Source: Macrostomum lignano (lineage: Eukaryota). Taken from it: DNA of 64,000 nucleotides. The translations under genes were made by a program, and so were the position numbers. The notes below the pieces were generated by a model. It worked only from the letters and a program-made list of their open reading frames with translations, was not told where the DNA came from and did no database searches. Location of the stretch: NCBI GenBank assembly GCA_002269645.1, contig NIVC01001295.1:1-64000 (forward strand). The letters run 5' to 3'. Shown piece by piece: positions 1 through 14,000 of the stretch. Numbering within the stretch: position 1 is the first letter of the stretch; every line of letters starts with the position of its first letter.

Positions 1-2041
1 ATCGGCCGACTCAGCGACTGTTGCGCATGTATGCTCCAGGTCATTGCTTGCATTTGGCAGCCAAGTGCCAATTAAGCTATAGCTCAATTTGCTAGTCCAA
101 GTTGTAGGTAATAGTGGTGGCTATAACATGGTAGTCTGGCTCAAATAGCTAGATGGAGTTGGGCTCTATGGCCAATTAAACAGAGCTCATGTTATCCATG
201 AGGCTTTTTATCCAGATGCCTGGGATATCCTAAGCAACTGAAATTGCAATAATTGGGACTTGATTGCAAGTGGCATATAGATCTTGCACATATATTGACA
301 ATTGTTTGTAAGTAGATTGCATGGCAGATTGCAAGTGAATTATAGTTTTTGCAATTGGCTTAACATTGAATTGCAATTATTGCAAGCAATATACAAGCCC
401 TATAGGAAAAAGTATACTGTTTGTTATACATATAGAAAGCTTCAGTATTTAGAAGAAATGCATTATTTTACCATGATTGATATATAAATAAAAAGCAATT
501 AAGGAGTGGGTAAGATTAAAACAAAAATATAGACCACCACTTCAAAGGAACATGTATAGTATATCAGCACGTACTAAGCATTAAACATATGACTGACTAT
601 GCAAATTTGTTTTTGGAAACTACAAAATCAGATGGTCAAATTTGGCTATCTTATATTTGTCTCCTATACTAGTTTGAGTCTATTACATAGTAGTTGTTTT
701 CTTTTTAATTTGAAAAAGGTTAAAAAGCATTTTAGTTCTCTCTTTAAAGTAAATTATATTATGAAATTACTTTAATATATATTATTCAGCTAATATCAAG
801 CTTTGCTAATCCAAAAGAATATAATAAAATAATTATAATAATTAGCTTTATTTTGTAGCATTACTGAATGTTTATATAGGGAAAAAGTTATTGGAAGCAC
901 TATATTTGAATTACAAATAATAAAAATTATCAGTTTTAGGCAACTTATTAAAAGAAAAACTTTTAAATTATTTTCCATCCAACAAGAATTAACTTTCAGT
1001 AAATATAATTGGATTACTTTAGAAATAATGGTACCAATAAGTTCTATTAGTCTAATAGTTTGAATTTGGATAATTTAGAATGGAAAAATGGATTTTATTT
1101 CAGAATATTCAGTGTATTAAGATTCTTTTAACTTTTTTCAGAGTAAAAATTTATTAGATACAATGATATATTGATATATTGATATATAATATAAAGAGAA
1201 ATTAAGAAGAAAGTAATTCATTATATTAGCAAATTAAAGCAAGCTTTTCCATTCATTTTTAGTTTGAATGTGTACTGGTAGATTCCTGATGACCTTCAAC
1301 TTGCTTATAGTGGTTATCCAGAGTATTGTCTTGCAGTTTTACATTTGCCAGAATAGCTCTTAATCTAAGCTCAGTACCTTTAGCAGACAATATTTTGTTG
1401 TTTGTGATGTGAACTTGTCAACAATGTTTCTGGCCTTTAGTGAAATGAGACAGCTGTCTTTAGGCATTTTCTCTTTTAACTTTTCCTCATTGGCCTCATT
1501 GTCAAATTTTATTTATCTAATGAAATAAACTGCTCAGTTAACAGAGAAAATTGATGAAACAGAGAATAAGTATTCATAAGTGCATTGATACAAATAAATT
1601 GGGCTCTCTCTATCCTAAACACAATGTTATCCTTATCAAATAATCCTTACAACATCCCTATCAGATAGGGACTAGAGTCAATGCATTGAGAATGACAATA
1701 TGGAGCATTGAGTAAACATGCAATCTAATCAATTTTAAATATTCATAATCCAATGTTTGAGCATATCATTTCAAGTGACCATAGTTGGTAAGCAAAGTAT
1801 TGGAACAGTAAAACAATAATGTTAAAATAAAATTAAAATGTTTTAACCAAGATTTCACTTTTAACATTGTTAATTCATATTAAATGAGTTACCACTTGCT
1901 GGCTACCTGACCTGACCTAACCTGCAGTTCTCCTGAAGTCAGACAGGATTAGACATTGTGTGGCCCTCAGCTGAACCCTGAACCAGCGCGCGTAGTTTTT
2001 TGCGGATATTTAAAGGTTCCAAGCCCTTGGCAGCAGCAGCA

Positions 2042-4112
2042 ATGATAGGCGGCCTATTTGTGTACAACCACAAAGGCGAGGTGCTGATCTCTCGCGTCTA
2101 CCGAGACGACATCGGGCGCAACGCCGTGGACGCTTTTCGAGTCAACGTCATCCACGCCAGGCAGCAGGTGCGCTCGCCGGTGACCAACATCGCGCACACC
2201 AGCTTCTTCCACATCAAGCGATCCAATATTTGGATCTGCGCCGCGGCCAAGAAGAACGTCAATGCCGCCCTGGTGTTCCAGTTTCTTTACAAGATGGTGG
2301 AGGTCATGGGCAACTACTTTGGCAAGATTAACGAGGACAACATCAAGAATAACTTTGTGCTCATCTATGAGCTGCTTGACGAGATCATGGACTACGGCTA
2401 TCCGCAGAACACCGACACGGGCATTCTCAAGACCTACATCACCCAGCAGGGAATCAAGTCCCAGACTAAGGAGGAGACCACCAAGATTACTAACCAGGTA
2501 TGTTTTCTGGGGACCTTGCCTGTCAGGTCTCCTGTCTGTTGCTAGGGGAAGTTGCCCGTTCCTTAGGCACCCTGTCTGTTGCTAGGGGTCAGGGAAAGTT
2601 GCCCGTTCCTTAGGCACCCTGTCTGTTGCTAGGGGGAAGTTGCCCGTTCCTTAGGCACCCTGTCTGTTGCTAGGGGAAGTTGCCCGTTCCTTAGGCACCC
2701 TGTCTGTTGCTAGGGGAAGTTGCCCGTTCCTTAGGCACCCTGTCTGTTGCTAAGATATCCTGTTGCTGAGGCACTGCTACCACTTGGATGCTAAGCGTCA
2801 AGACTGACTTATAAAAATTGGCCGATTCGCCACCGCAGGTCACGGGACAGATTGCCTGGCGCCGGGAGGGCATCAAGTACCGGCGCAACGAGCTGTTCCT
2901 CGACGTGATCGAGTCCGTCAACCTGCTGATGTCGCCTCAAGGCCAGGTGCTGTCCGCCCACGTGTCCGGCCGGGTGCAGATGAAGTCGTTCCTGTCCGGC
3001 ATGCCCGAGTGCAAGTTCGGCATCAACGACAAGATTGTGGTGGACAGCAAGCGGCAGGAGCCGGGCGCGACTTCCGGCGGCGGCAACCTCGGCGGCGGCG
3101 GCAAGGCCGGCCACATCGCCATTGACGACTGCCAGTTCCACCAGTGCGTGAAGCTCAGCAAGTTCGACACCGAGCACGCCATCTCGTTCATCCCGCCGGA
3201 CGGCGAGTTCGAGCTGATGCGCTACCGGACCACCAAGGACATCAGCCTGCCGTTCCGGGTCATCCCGCTAGTGCGCGAGATCGGCCGCACCAAGATGGAG
3301 GTCAAGGTGGTGGTGAAGAGCAACTTCAAGCCGTCCCTGCTGGCCCAGAAGGTGGAGGTTCGAATCCCCACCCCGCTGAACACCAGCGGAGTGCAGGTGA
3401 TCTGCATGAAGGGCAAGGCCAGGTACAAGGCCTCCGACAACGCCATCGTGTGGAAGATCAAGCGAATGGGCGGCATGAAGGAGTGGCAGCTGAGCGCGGA
3501 GATCGACATGCTCAGCGCCACTGACAAGGCCAAGAAGTGGACTCGGCCGCCTATCTCCATGAACTTCGAGGTGAATGTCTGGGAATTCATTTTTTTCTAT
3601 ATTTCTAGAACCGAATTAATTGACACTGGCTAACTAGAGTCTCAAAGTTGTCATCGTATTGAAGGTCCCAATGGTCCGGTGAGCTGACGATAAAAACACC
3701 CGAAGGGGGTTGCGGACCGCTGACTCCTGAGCAATACTTTTTGCAGACACCTTCTCATGCACATCGCACGGAATCGAACCCGGGTCCTTTAGCGCCTATA
3801 ATATTTAGTATTGATAAGCAGAAAAAACTTGAGTGCAACTTTTTTGGAAATTTATTGTTTTGTGTCAAAAATACCCTTTCCAGCTACTTATTAAGTAATG
3901 TTGAGTAGTAAGTTTTGATTGATTTCTTGCTGGAGTATTGATGACAGCATCGAATTAACAACCCCTACCTCCTCCAGGTGCCCTTCGCTCCGTCCGGCTT
4001 CAAGGTCCGCTACCTAAAGGTGTTCGAGTCCAAGCTGAACTACTCGGATCATGACGTCATCAAGTGGGTTCGGTACATCGGCAAGAGCGGCCTTTACGAG
4101 ACCCGGTGCTGA
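2042..4112 (+). CDS. AP2M1: AP-2 complex subunit mu (mu2 adaptin), 440 aa, 3 exons
   Basis: Exons 2042-2497, 2839-3570, 3978-4112 with GT-AG, all phase 0, join into one frame: [23 protein letters not shown]...ITNQ|[23 protein letters not shown]...PISMNFE|[44 protein letters not shown]. These N-terminal, TGQ and C-terminal motifs are diagnostic of mu2. Confidence 0.97.
2531..2752. repeat. 40-bp minisatellite (~5.5 copies) in AP2M1 intron 1
   Basis: Unit CTGTCTGTTGCTAGGGGAAGTTGCCCGTTCCTTAGGCACC, read directly. Confidence 0.95.
3640..3795 (-). mobile_element. Possible 5'-truncated tRNA-derived SINE fragment in AP2M1 intron 2
   Basis: Minus strand has a consensus Pol III B-box GGTTCGATTCC (3770-3780) in a GC-richer patch inside an AT-rich intron. 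No A-box or cloverleaf is visible and the boundaries are approximate. Confidence 0.3.
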
Positions 4113-7100
4113 GGTGAGATGAGTACCTCATCACCTGGGCAGTCGCAGTCAGGACTGTGGCGCTAACTCTTAAATAATTCTAATCGCATAATCAGTTTTT
4201 GTGGTCAATTGCTGACTCAGAACTCGGCACAGGCAAGCACAAATGGCTAAGGGGGCGGGGAGACAGAGGCGGCATTCTCAGTGATACCGAAAGTTTTCCG
4301 TCTTCACAGATTGTAGCTCACATGCTTTGGTTCTGAGGGACTGCCGCCTCCGGTCTGTTGCCTCCCCCGCCCTGCTCTATTCACGCATACGGGCACTTTA
4401 TATATTTACCGATATATCTGATGTAGGAAGCAGCGCAATCGCATCCATATAGCACTTGTTTATTTCAATTTATTGTTTTATATTGCAAATATTAACTGTT
4501 ATCATAATATCGCTAATATTCCGCTATTTTCTTAGCTTTATTTATTGATTTATTATACTCGTTATAGCAGTGGCGTAACTTTAAACCTTTAAACTAGCGA
4601 GTTTAGATATGTTAGATATGTTTTTGACATTCGTGTCGTGTTTCCATTTTGCTGTCTACGGTTTCAGCTGCGACCCCCTGAATCTGTTCGCCAGTTTATA
4701 GACTTATTCTTTACTTATTTATTATTTTGCAATACAAACTACTCAGCTAATACTATAGAAGTAGTATGTCTAGTATCCAGTTTTGTTATTTTCCTCAATT
4801 AATGCATATTTTTCACCAATAATTTATTACGGAGACATTCGATTAGAATCTTTCTATACAGTACTAGTAGTACACTGCTATTTACACACCGCACTCCACT
4901 GCGCTCTCATTCCTGGAATACCCCTCTCAGTCTTTGCCGCACTGTTTTCACCAAAGTTATGCTTAAATGCATCTGTGTTGATAATATTGCATTGATTTCT
5001 CTTTATCAATGGTTTATACGATGCTGTCTGTTCAGCTGGAATCTAACTGCCTGGTCTTTTTGGTGTAAAGACAAATGAAGGTCAACTGCTGGCTCGCTTG
5101 TATATCTATATTTTTACAATGCACCGTTTGCACTGTAGGTCGCGAAATTCATTTTTAATGCTACTTTTAGTAGCGCCGATCATGTGGAGGTCCATCTCAA
5201 TGTCTGGTTTCATGGCAGACCGGATGCATAGCGGTGGATTATTACCTGCTAGTCACTCCTGTTTCTCTGCGTTCCCCCTGTTCTGTTCGGATACGAAATA
5301 TCAGCCTCTGAAATCAGGCGAACAGTCTTTTCACGATTGTGATACTTTCTAATTTTAATTGCTTTGTTTAGTAATGCAGTTTTGTTTAGTGTGTTTATAT
5401 TGATTACGCTTATTTTGGCTGGTATAGTAGAATTTCCAACATAATTACTATACCGATTCGCTTTTGTCCAAAAATGTTTATTCAGTTAGATTTATGATAA
5501 TATAAGCTAGTTATGAAATTTTGATTTGGTGCGTTTCGTTTCTAGGAAATATCTACTATCTAAATATCTACTAGTTTTTGTTATCTTTATTTATGACAGT
5601 TAAATTCTTCTGCTAAAATATAGTCACTTAAATTAAGCAAGGTCGTAGTTTAAAATAAAAAAGTTTTGTCGTCTGACTTCACCTTATTTGTTCATTTTCT
5701 CATTTTCTCTTATGTGTTATTTAAAGTTCCAATGAGCTACATGCACTCGGGCATACAAACTTTTAGCTTGAATAATTTATTCATGGATATCTACCACCTA
5801 TCATCGTCGTTAACATGGTAAATAAAAGTAAAAGCTTTTGCGCCAAGATATCTTGATTCTTCCCAAAACAATTTTATGGTCCTTGATGCTTGATTTACAA
5901 GTACACGTACAACTTCCAGCTTAGTCCCTCTCGTCCTGTTTGATTCTTTTTCTTTGACAGCACGATCAAGAGAGTATTTATCGATTATAGAGTGCAACCA
6001 GTTCAGTTTAGGGCAAAAAAACTAGCAAATAATAACTTTACTTTAGTTTAGGAAAGATGCCCATGCTGCTCATAGTTCTTTATGTGACCGGCGTCAAAAA
6101 CATTTCAACAAATGTTATAAGAGAAGTTATTTTAATATATAAACAATTATAAGGATTATTTTAAAAGTACCCTAAAAAACTAAAACTATTTTTATTTCTA
6201 AAGCTAAAGCTGATAACTACTCTTTTTTAATGAAGTCACAGCTTCTTTTGATTTCATAAATTCAATTTATTTTAAATGATATAAAATTAGTGGGTGCACT
6301 AATATTAGTGGTGCATGCACGACGAGAGGAGAGAGAGTCAGATATATACTACTCATCGGCGACGGGTTGTCCCTGTATAGATGATAAGTCTCTGTATTTG
6401 TACTTTCATAGAGTCTGCATGCGCTATACGTTAACTAAAGTCAATAAATAGTTTAATAAATTAAAGGGTTAGCAAATAATCAAAGATAAATCGTTACATT
6501 CTCTAGCCAATCGTTCCAATGAGTTAATGGTAAAGCTGCGAAAGTCAAGATGGATTACTCCTGTCCATTAACATTTCAAGTTGAACGAGAGCAAGCTGAA
6601 TCCAGCCCAAGAATGGTATGTTGTGTCATTTATCACTAGGATGTGTATGTATCTAAATAATTTTACTGTATTTGTAGTTATATGTAGGCGCATGTCTAAT
6701 GTGGCCACACACTAATAAGGTGGCCACAGCTCTAATTGGTCTATAAAACTATCAGCCCCCTCAATTACTATTGGCTTTTTCTAGCTCCTCGGGTATAGAG
6801 ACTCAGAGAGGAACATTGTCTATGTCCCTCAAGTTTAGCTATAATTTCTCCACATGAAACTGTATATGATAGCAATGTGTCTGTATAATTGCATTGGGCA
6901 CTAGTAATTTTCTTGACCTGACTGACCTAATTGAGATTTTCACATTCATATTAATAAACTAATATATTTAAGTTTTTAGCACATTCTAACAAATTTAAAG
7001 AGGAAGATGTACTAAATTTCAAGAATTCAGAATATCAACATTTTACCATAAGCAGATTATTGCTATTGGATCTACAAATTTGTTTCTGCCTATGGCCAAA

Positions 7101-7147
7101 TGAACCCCTGCATCGAAAAGGGCAGTAGGCAGAGGTATATATAATAG

Positions 7148-7430
7148 AAAAGTGCAGCATTCACTGTTTAAGTAAAGGCAAAAACAATGTTTTTGAATTC
7201 TTTTAAAAATTTACCTATGCATTGTGACTAAAAGTGCAGCATTCACTGTTTAAATAAAGGCAAAAACAGTTTTTGAATTCTTTTTAAAATTTTACCTATG
7301 CATTGTGGCTAAAACTTGAAGTGCAAGACTCACTGTTTAGTTAAAGGCAAAAGCAATGTTTTGTTCTTGTTAAAATTTTACTTTTGCATTGTGGCTAAAA
7401 GTGCAGAATTCACTGTTTATATATAGGCAC
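7148..7430. repeat. ~82-bp tandem repeat, ~3.5 diverged copies
   Basis: AAAAGTGCAGCATTCACTGTTT...TTTACCTATGCATTGTG(A/G)CT recurs at 7148, 7230 and about 7315 and 7397. Confidence 0.85.
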
Positions 7431-7629
7431 TTTGTGCAACAATAGTAGGTGTTGCCATTTTGCTGCATCTTAATGTCCAGTAGATGGCCTAGGTCATGCC
7501 TCACAAATCATACATAAAGACCTTTCCCATTATACCCTGCACCTAGAAGATATTCAAAAAGCTGAGGTGGGGGGCTACGAAGTGGTACAAAGTCCACAAG
7601 AAATTGATACAGAAAAATCTCTGGCAAAT

Positions 7630-7775
7630 GAGCTGCAGCAGCAGCAGCCTGGTTCGCTGCAATCTGCACTGGTGCTACTGTGGCAACAGCCTGGTCCACT
7701 GCAATCTACACAGGTGCTGCTGCAGCAACAGCCTGGTCCACTGCGATTTGCACAGGTGCTGCTGCTACACCTGGT
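7630..7775. repeat. 39-bp tandem repeat, ~3 diverged copies
   Basis: GCA(G/A)CAGCCTGGT(T/C)C(G/A)CTGC(A/G)AT(C/T)T(G/A)CAC(T/A)GGTGCT(A/G)CTG repeated. Confidence 0.7.
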
Positions 7776-9248
7776 GACCTTGATGTTAGCATGCTTGGGC
7801 GCAACCTAAGGATTCTAGGGTCATGTGACTGCTTTTAGCCAATAGCAACTTACATGTGTGTGTGTTGCCAATAGAAATGGCTGAGTGATTCCCAAGGTTG
7901 CACATGTATGGATGTCAGCAGGTCAGCAGGTCACGGATTGCAGAGCCAAAAAAACTTTCAAATGCCTTGCATACTTCATATTGCACAGGTGTGACACGGC
8001 TACTGCATTCAAGATGCTGCCAATTGCGGCACTATGAGCATTCATTTGCATGATCTTCATTAGTAACTGGCTGCACACATACCACACTTGGAAATGATGT
8101 AGCCATTCTGAGCAAATTTAAGCAAACAGCCAAATAGAAAATAAGTCAAATGAAATTTATTCAATTCAGACTTGACTCCAAGATTGTTTAGATAATTAAG
8201 TATCCAAAACTGGATAGTTGGACAAATGTGAGGTAGGGAGGTTGAGGTGGGGGGAGATTGATGAGAGAGCTTCCATTCCCATACCCTACCCTTCCCTTCC
8301 CTCCAAACCAATAAGAAATAGGCTTGCCTTGTGGCCACCTTGGTCTATCACCTTATATGTATTGGGCTTATCTTATCTTATAATAACTAGACCTACAGCA
8401 TAGGCCTAGTGATAGGCTAGTACTAGTCCTAGATAGATTGGACTCTACATAGCGCCGTGACTAAGGACAGTCACTAGTCACCAGGGACATGAATCCATTC
8501 TCTTGTATATGGGGAAATATCCATGATAAAGTCCACCTTCCTGAATATAGCTTATTGCCTACTAGTACTAGGCTTTTGTTATGATAATCATGATATGCCA
8601 ATAGAAATTAACTTCTGGTTATATTCTAACTTGGCAACTTCCAATTGCCAAACCAAATTTATATGAATATATGTAGAGTAAAAATTTCTTACATAGGCCT
8701 ATTCTACATACTCGTATATGTAGAGTAGTGTATGTATTATTATTGTTTTGGTAACAAATATTTTGATAATAAGACTAGGCCTAGACTCCAAGTGATAGGC
8801 CTAATAATTTATATAATAAACAAAGCTTTATCTTATGCCTAGTTACATTTTTATTCAATTTATTATTGAACCTTAATAGCTTTTTAACTAGGGTCTTTAT
8901 TAGAAAAATCAAATGTGCCAATTGGCCAAGATGAACCAATTTTCCTATTTGAATCAAGTAAATTTATAATAAAATTTTATATATAGATACTCTTTAGCTA
9001 TTAATATAGTTATTGCTCTACTTTAGTATTATATTAGTAACTATATTCATTCTCATTAAACCTGTCCAAGTAATTAAATATAGACATTATTAACCAATAT
9101 CATTTAATTGTTGCTGACCCTGTCTTTACAAAGCTATCAATTTTTTATTTAGACCTAGGCCTAGATTAATACTAAGAATCTAGATCTAGTCCTAACCATT
9201 TTTACCAGGTATCTATGATTATTTTGTTTATTTATTTATTATATTACT

Positions 9249-10565
9249 CAGTGTTGGGCAAGTTACTCAAAAAAGTAACTTGCGTTACTGTAACTTAAGT
9301 TACCACTTTTTAAAAAGTAACTTACGTTAGCCTAGTAACTTTGAACAAAAACCCGGTAACTTTTAAGTTACTTCCGTTACTTACTTCCGTTACCTATGTT
9401 ATAAACAAAATTTTCTGCTTTTTTAACATTGCAAATGTGCTGGAACAGCACAAATGATCACGAAAGCCAGAAGGAAGAATACAACAACATTAATTTCAGT
9501 AACTGTATTAAATTTTAATCACTTTAGGCCCTTTCCGTAAAAAGAAGAGAAGCTGAAGGTCAGAAACGTTAAAGGCAAAACGCAATTTAATTTTTAATAA
9601 CATTATAAGTTTTAATACACAAGGACAACTTAACGTAACTTCAGTTGTCCTTGATAATACATCGCTCATAATAAGTACCTGGCTTTACTCCACTCTACAG
9701 TCTGCTTTACTAGTCTTTATTTATTTTCAATTATTATCATTAATATTAAATTATTGTGCAGTGCAGTGCAGTGCCAGTGGACTTTTGTGGTGTAGCCAGG
9801 GAGGCCACCTTAACAATCGTTGGGGCGGCAACTTCACCCCACCTGCAAGACACCCCACCAGGGGGGGGGGGTGGGGTTGGGCATGGCGGGTACCAAAAAC
9901 CATGAGGCGATTGAGTGCCTGCGGCGCTTAATGAGTGCCTGCGGCGCTAAAATGAGTGCCTGCGGCGCTAAAATGAGTGCCTGCGGCGCTAAAATGAGTG
10001 CCTGCGGCACTAAAATGAGTGCCTGCGGCGCTAAAATGAGTGCCTGCGGTGCTAAAAGTGGCAATGGCATGAGGCATGGCCAGCCAGGCCAACCCGCCCC
10101 CCCCCAATTAAAATTCCTGGCTACGTTGATCACTGAGTGGATTTGTGGAGACTACAGATGAATTCCTTTCTTTGGTTGTTTGTTTCTAAGAACTAAACAA
10201 AATATTTTTATTAACTTAAAAACAAAAAGCAAAAATATTTTACCAAAAATAACAAAGTAAAAACATGTTTCAAGTATTTCTTTATTAATTACAGCGTAAT
10301 GCCGTATGATATTATTCACTTAGTTTTGAATTTAGGAATGAAAAATGCTAAAAATGTGACAACTGGCCTAATAGCTAAGCATATCAGTTTTAAATTTAAA
10401 TATTGCGATTGTTGCAAAGTAACTGTAACGGACTTCCAAAATTTGAGTAACTTACCGTTACTCCGTTACCAAAATAGGAAAGTAACTTGCGTAAGGAACG
10501 CTTTACGAAAAAGTAACTTGCGTTACCATTTACAAGTTACTCAGTAATGGAAGTGCCCAACACTG
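9249..10565. mobile_element. Non-autonomous hAT-type DNA transposon (1317 bp)
   Basis: Perfect 12-bp TIR CAGTGTTGGGCA (9249-9260) / TGCCCAACACTG (10554-10565). Perfect 8-bp TSD ATATTACT (9241-9248 and 10566-10573). Dense subterminal GTAAC/GTTAC motifs at both ends. An 8-bp TSD with CAG termini is typical of hAT. Confidence 0.92.
9775..10135. mobile_element. GC-rich MITE-like insertion nested in the hAT element, with a 21-bp internal tandem repeat
   Basis: CAGTG...CACTG ends; inverted core TGTAGCCAGG (9791-9800) / CCTGGCTACG (10116-10125); G and C runs near the ends; ~6.5 copies of AATGAGTGCCTGCGGCGCTAA (~9910-10060). No clean TSD found. Confidence 0.55.
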
Positions 10566-11078
10566 ATATTACTATTATTAAATATTATATTTTTTTATAA
10601 TTTTTATTCTAATAATTTTAATAGCTATGGTTAACCTTCCTTCAATTAGGCCAAATTTCAATAATTAGTGCTTTTATAACATCTGAAAAAAAGAGAAGAT
10701 ATCACTGACTTAAGAGCTCTTCTTAGTGTTTTGCATTAAAAATAAAATATCTTAACTTCAGTCCTTATTCCAACCATACACTATGTAGGTACATGGCATA
10801 AAGTCTCCATTGCTCAAGTCTCTATGCCAAAAAGAAATTCCCTTGACAAAGCTTTGAAACTGGTAACATTTTGTTAAGCTTTTTTGAAATGTCTATATCG
10901 TTAAAATAAAAAAATTGACTTTCCATAAAAGTAAGCTAATATACATCTGTAGTAAATAAAAAAGTTGTAAACCTTGCATCAGTTGTAGTGTTTTGAGCTC
11001 AAGTCAATTAATTGCTTGGAGTATAATTTTATTCAATAAAAATCAATTCATAACTACCAGTTCCTCCTGACATTTCAG

Positions 11079-14000
11079 ATGCCTGAAACAGGCAATATCA
11101 GGGGCTCATTTGCATCACTTTTTTCCTGGGTAATTATTCTAATTTTACTTCAGAGTGAAACTATTTTGGGCATTTTTCATTAATAAATTAAATGCTTACA
11201 AATTTTCAGATCGAGACATTCCACACTCTGGACGATGCTTTAAAATATGAAGACCTGATGGAGCAGGACTTTCTGTTTGATGTTCTCCATCAGATGTAAG
11301 TTGAGAGCAGAATTCTGTGCAGAGTATCATTGCAAGCAGAGATTCTCAGTGCTGCATTTTTTCAATCTAAATGCAGAGACAGCCGCCCTCTGTGGACTGA
11401 GCCAGTCAGCTGCGCCAAGGACTCCGCCAGCCAGGTGCACAACTCCTCAGCTCTGGCTGTGCAACTGCTCACCTGCTACATGGTAACCATTGGGGATCAG
11501 TCTTGAACTGTTTCCAGACATCCCAGCACAAACCCAGTGGCACTTAATTGTTTTCCTCATTTCTCCGCAGGACTGTCTCAATCAAGCGGTTCTGCTCCCC
11601 ATGATTGACGTCTCCGCTCTGGTCAACTACAGTGCGGATCTCCGTAAGCGGTCGCAAACTTGTAGATAATCTGAGTCCGGTTGACATTACTTAAGCCACC
11701 TTTAAATATAAGCAACTCATCACTGCGTCTTTTGCAGACAGATCGCAGCAAGAGATGCGCAAGATACTACTGCTAGTACTCGGCCTAGTTATTCAAAGCG
11801 ATCGCAAAGACGATTTCATTGCCGTAATGGAGACCCTGCCCGGCGAGGTCAAGGAGGACATCATGGAGAGCTACAAGGAGGTTCGGGAACTCGACTGTTA
11901 TTTTTGGCAAATTCTGCTCCGCTACTTTGAGTAGTTAGCTAATGAAAATTTATACTGCTTTTTTATTTCAGCTTAGCGCTCAATTAGTGCGCTTGGATAC
12001 GTTGGACGATTCAACTGCTCTGCAGAGGTGCTGCAGCGATCGGCTGGCCTGCTTCAAGGTGCGAAACCCATCTAGATGATTCACTTTATCAGCTGTGTAT
12101 TTGATATGTTGCCTCTGCTTTTAATAGAAACAGCTATCCATTGAGCCTTGGCATCTCAGCCTCCCCATTGAGCCTTGGCATCTCAGCCTCCCCATTGAGC
12201 CTTGGCATCTCAGCCTCCCCATTGAGCCTTGGCATCTCAGCCTCCCCATTGAGCCTTGGCATCTCAGCATCCCCATTGAGCCTTGGCATCTCAGCCTCCC
12301 CATTGAGCCTTGGCATCTCAGCCTCCCCATTGAGCCTTGGCATCTCAGCCTCTCCATTGAGCCTTGGCATCTCAGCTTCCCCTTATTGAGCCTTGGCATC
12401 TCAGCCTCCCCATTGAGCCTTGGCATCTCAGCATAATTCCCCATTGAGCCTTGGCATCTCAGCATAATTCCCCATTGAGCCTTGGCATCTCAGCATCCCC
12501 ATTGAGCCTTGGCATCTCAGCATCCCCATTGAGCCTTGGCATCTCAGCTTCCCCTTATTGAGCCTTGGCATCTCAGCTTCCCCTTATTGAGCCTTGGCAT
12601 CTCAGCCTCCCCATTGAGCCTTGGCATCTCAGCTTCCCCTTATTGAGCCTTGGCATCTCAGCCTCCCCATTGAGCCTTGGCATCTCAGCATAATTCCCCA
12701 TTGAGCCTTGGCATCTTAGCATCCCCATTGAGCCTTGGCATCTCAGCATCCCCATTGAGCCTTGGCATCTCAGCCTCCCCATTGAGCCTTGGCATCTCAG
12801 CCTCCCCATTGAGCCTTGGCATCTCAGCCTCTCCATTGAGCCTTGGCATCTCAGCTTCCCCTTATTGAGCCTTGGCATCTCAGCCTCCCCATTGAGCCTT
12901 GGCATCTCAGCATAATTCCCCATTGAGCCTTGGCATCTCAGCATAATTCCCCATTGAGCCTTGGCATCTCAGCATCCCCATTGAGCCTTGGCATCTCAGC
13001 TTCCCCTTATTGAGCCTTGGCATCTCAGCTTCCCCTTATTGAGCCTTGGCATCTCAGCCTCCCCATTGAGCCTTGGCATCTCAGCTTCCCCTTATTGAGC
13101 CTTGGCATCTCAGCCTCCCCATTGAGCCTTGGCATCTCAGCATAATTCCCCATTGAGCCTTGGCATCTTAGCATCCCCATTGAGCCTTGGCATCTCAGCA
13201 TCCCCATTGAGCCTTGGCATCTCAGCATCCCCATTGAGCCTTGGCATCTCAGCATCCCCATTGAGCCTTGGCATCTCAGCATCCCCATTGAGCCTTGGCA
13301 TCTCAGCATCCCCATTGAGCCTTGGCATCTTAGCATCCCCATTGAGCCTTGGCATCTCAGCATCCCCATTGAGCCTTGGCATCTCAGCCAATTAGTCTCA
13401 TTTGAGCAGAGATTGACAGGCTCATTTTTCCAGCAGGGGTAAACTGCAACTCCCATATCTGCACCGCAGTCAGTTAGAAATCCACCAGAGCATTCGTGCA
13501 AAATGACGCGGCAGCTTCCCTCCGTACCCCCGCCATCATCTCACAGCGCGGCAGCCAGGCTCTGCGTGAGAAACTCTATCTTGAGTCGGTGCTGCTCTCG
13601 GCTCAGACCGCCTCCAGCACCGGGCCGGACCTGCTGAAGTCGCTCCGCCCGCCAGAGGGCCTCGTCGATTTCCACGGCTACCAGCTGCTGCTGGGCTCCG
13701 CCAATCAGCAGGCCGCCAGCCTGGCAGCTCAGCTGGACGACCGCGCGGCCGAGGCGGCGCAGCTGGCGGACCGCCTGCGGCAGAAGAAAGAGAAGACAAA
13801 GCGACTTAAGGCGCAGCTCAAGGTGCGGACTTTGGGGAGATGAGAGTCAGTGGGAGCTGAGAGTCTTGGTGTTGAGACTTCTCAGTAGGAGCTGAGAGTC
13901 TTGGTGTTGAGACTTCTCAGTAGGAGCTGAGAGTCTTGGTGTTGAGACTTCTCAGTAGGACCTGAGAGTCTTGGTGTTGAGACTTCTCAGTAGGAGCTGA

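Noticed and set aside
5791-5997. RTRGTKL motif resembling a CR1/L2 LINE 3' end
   Set aside because: Only a few residues match, and no RT motifs or LINE tail are nearby.
12121-13501. Repeat-encoded ORFs (MPRLNGEAE, MGRLRCQGS, SLGISASPL)
   Set aside because: They lie inside a well-defined intron with phase-matched flanking exons. The same applies to the ORFs at 34691-35250, 36734-37504, 40755-42182, 42927-43828 and 47706-48608.
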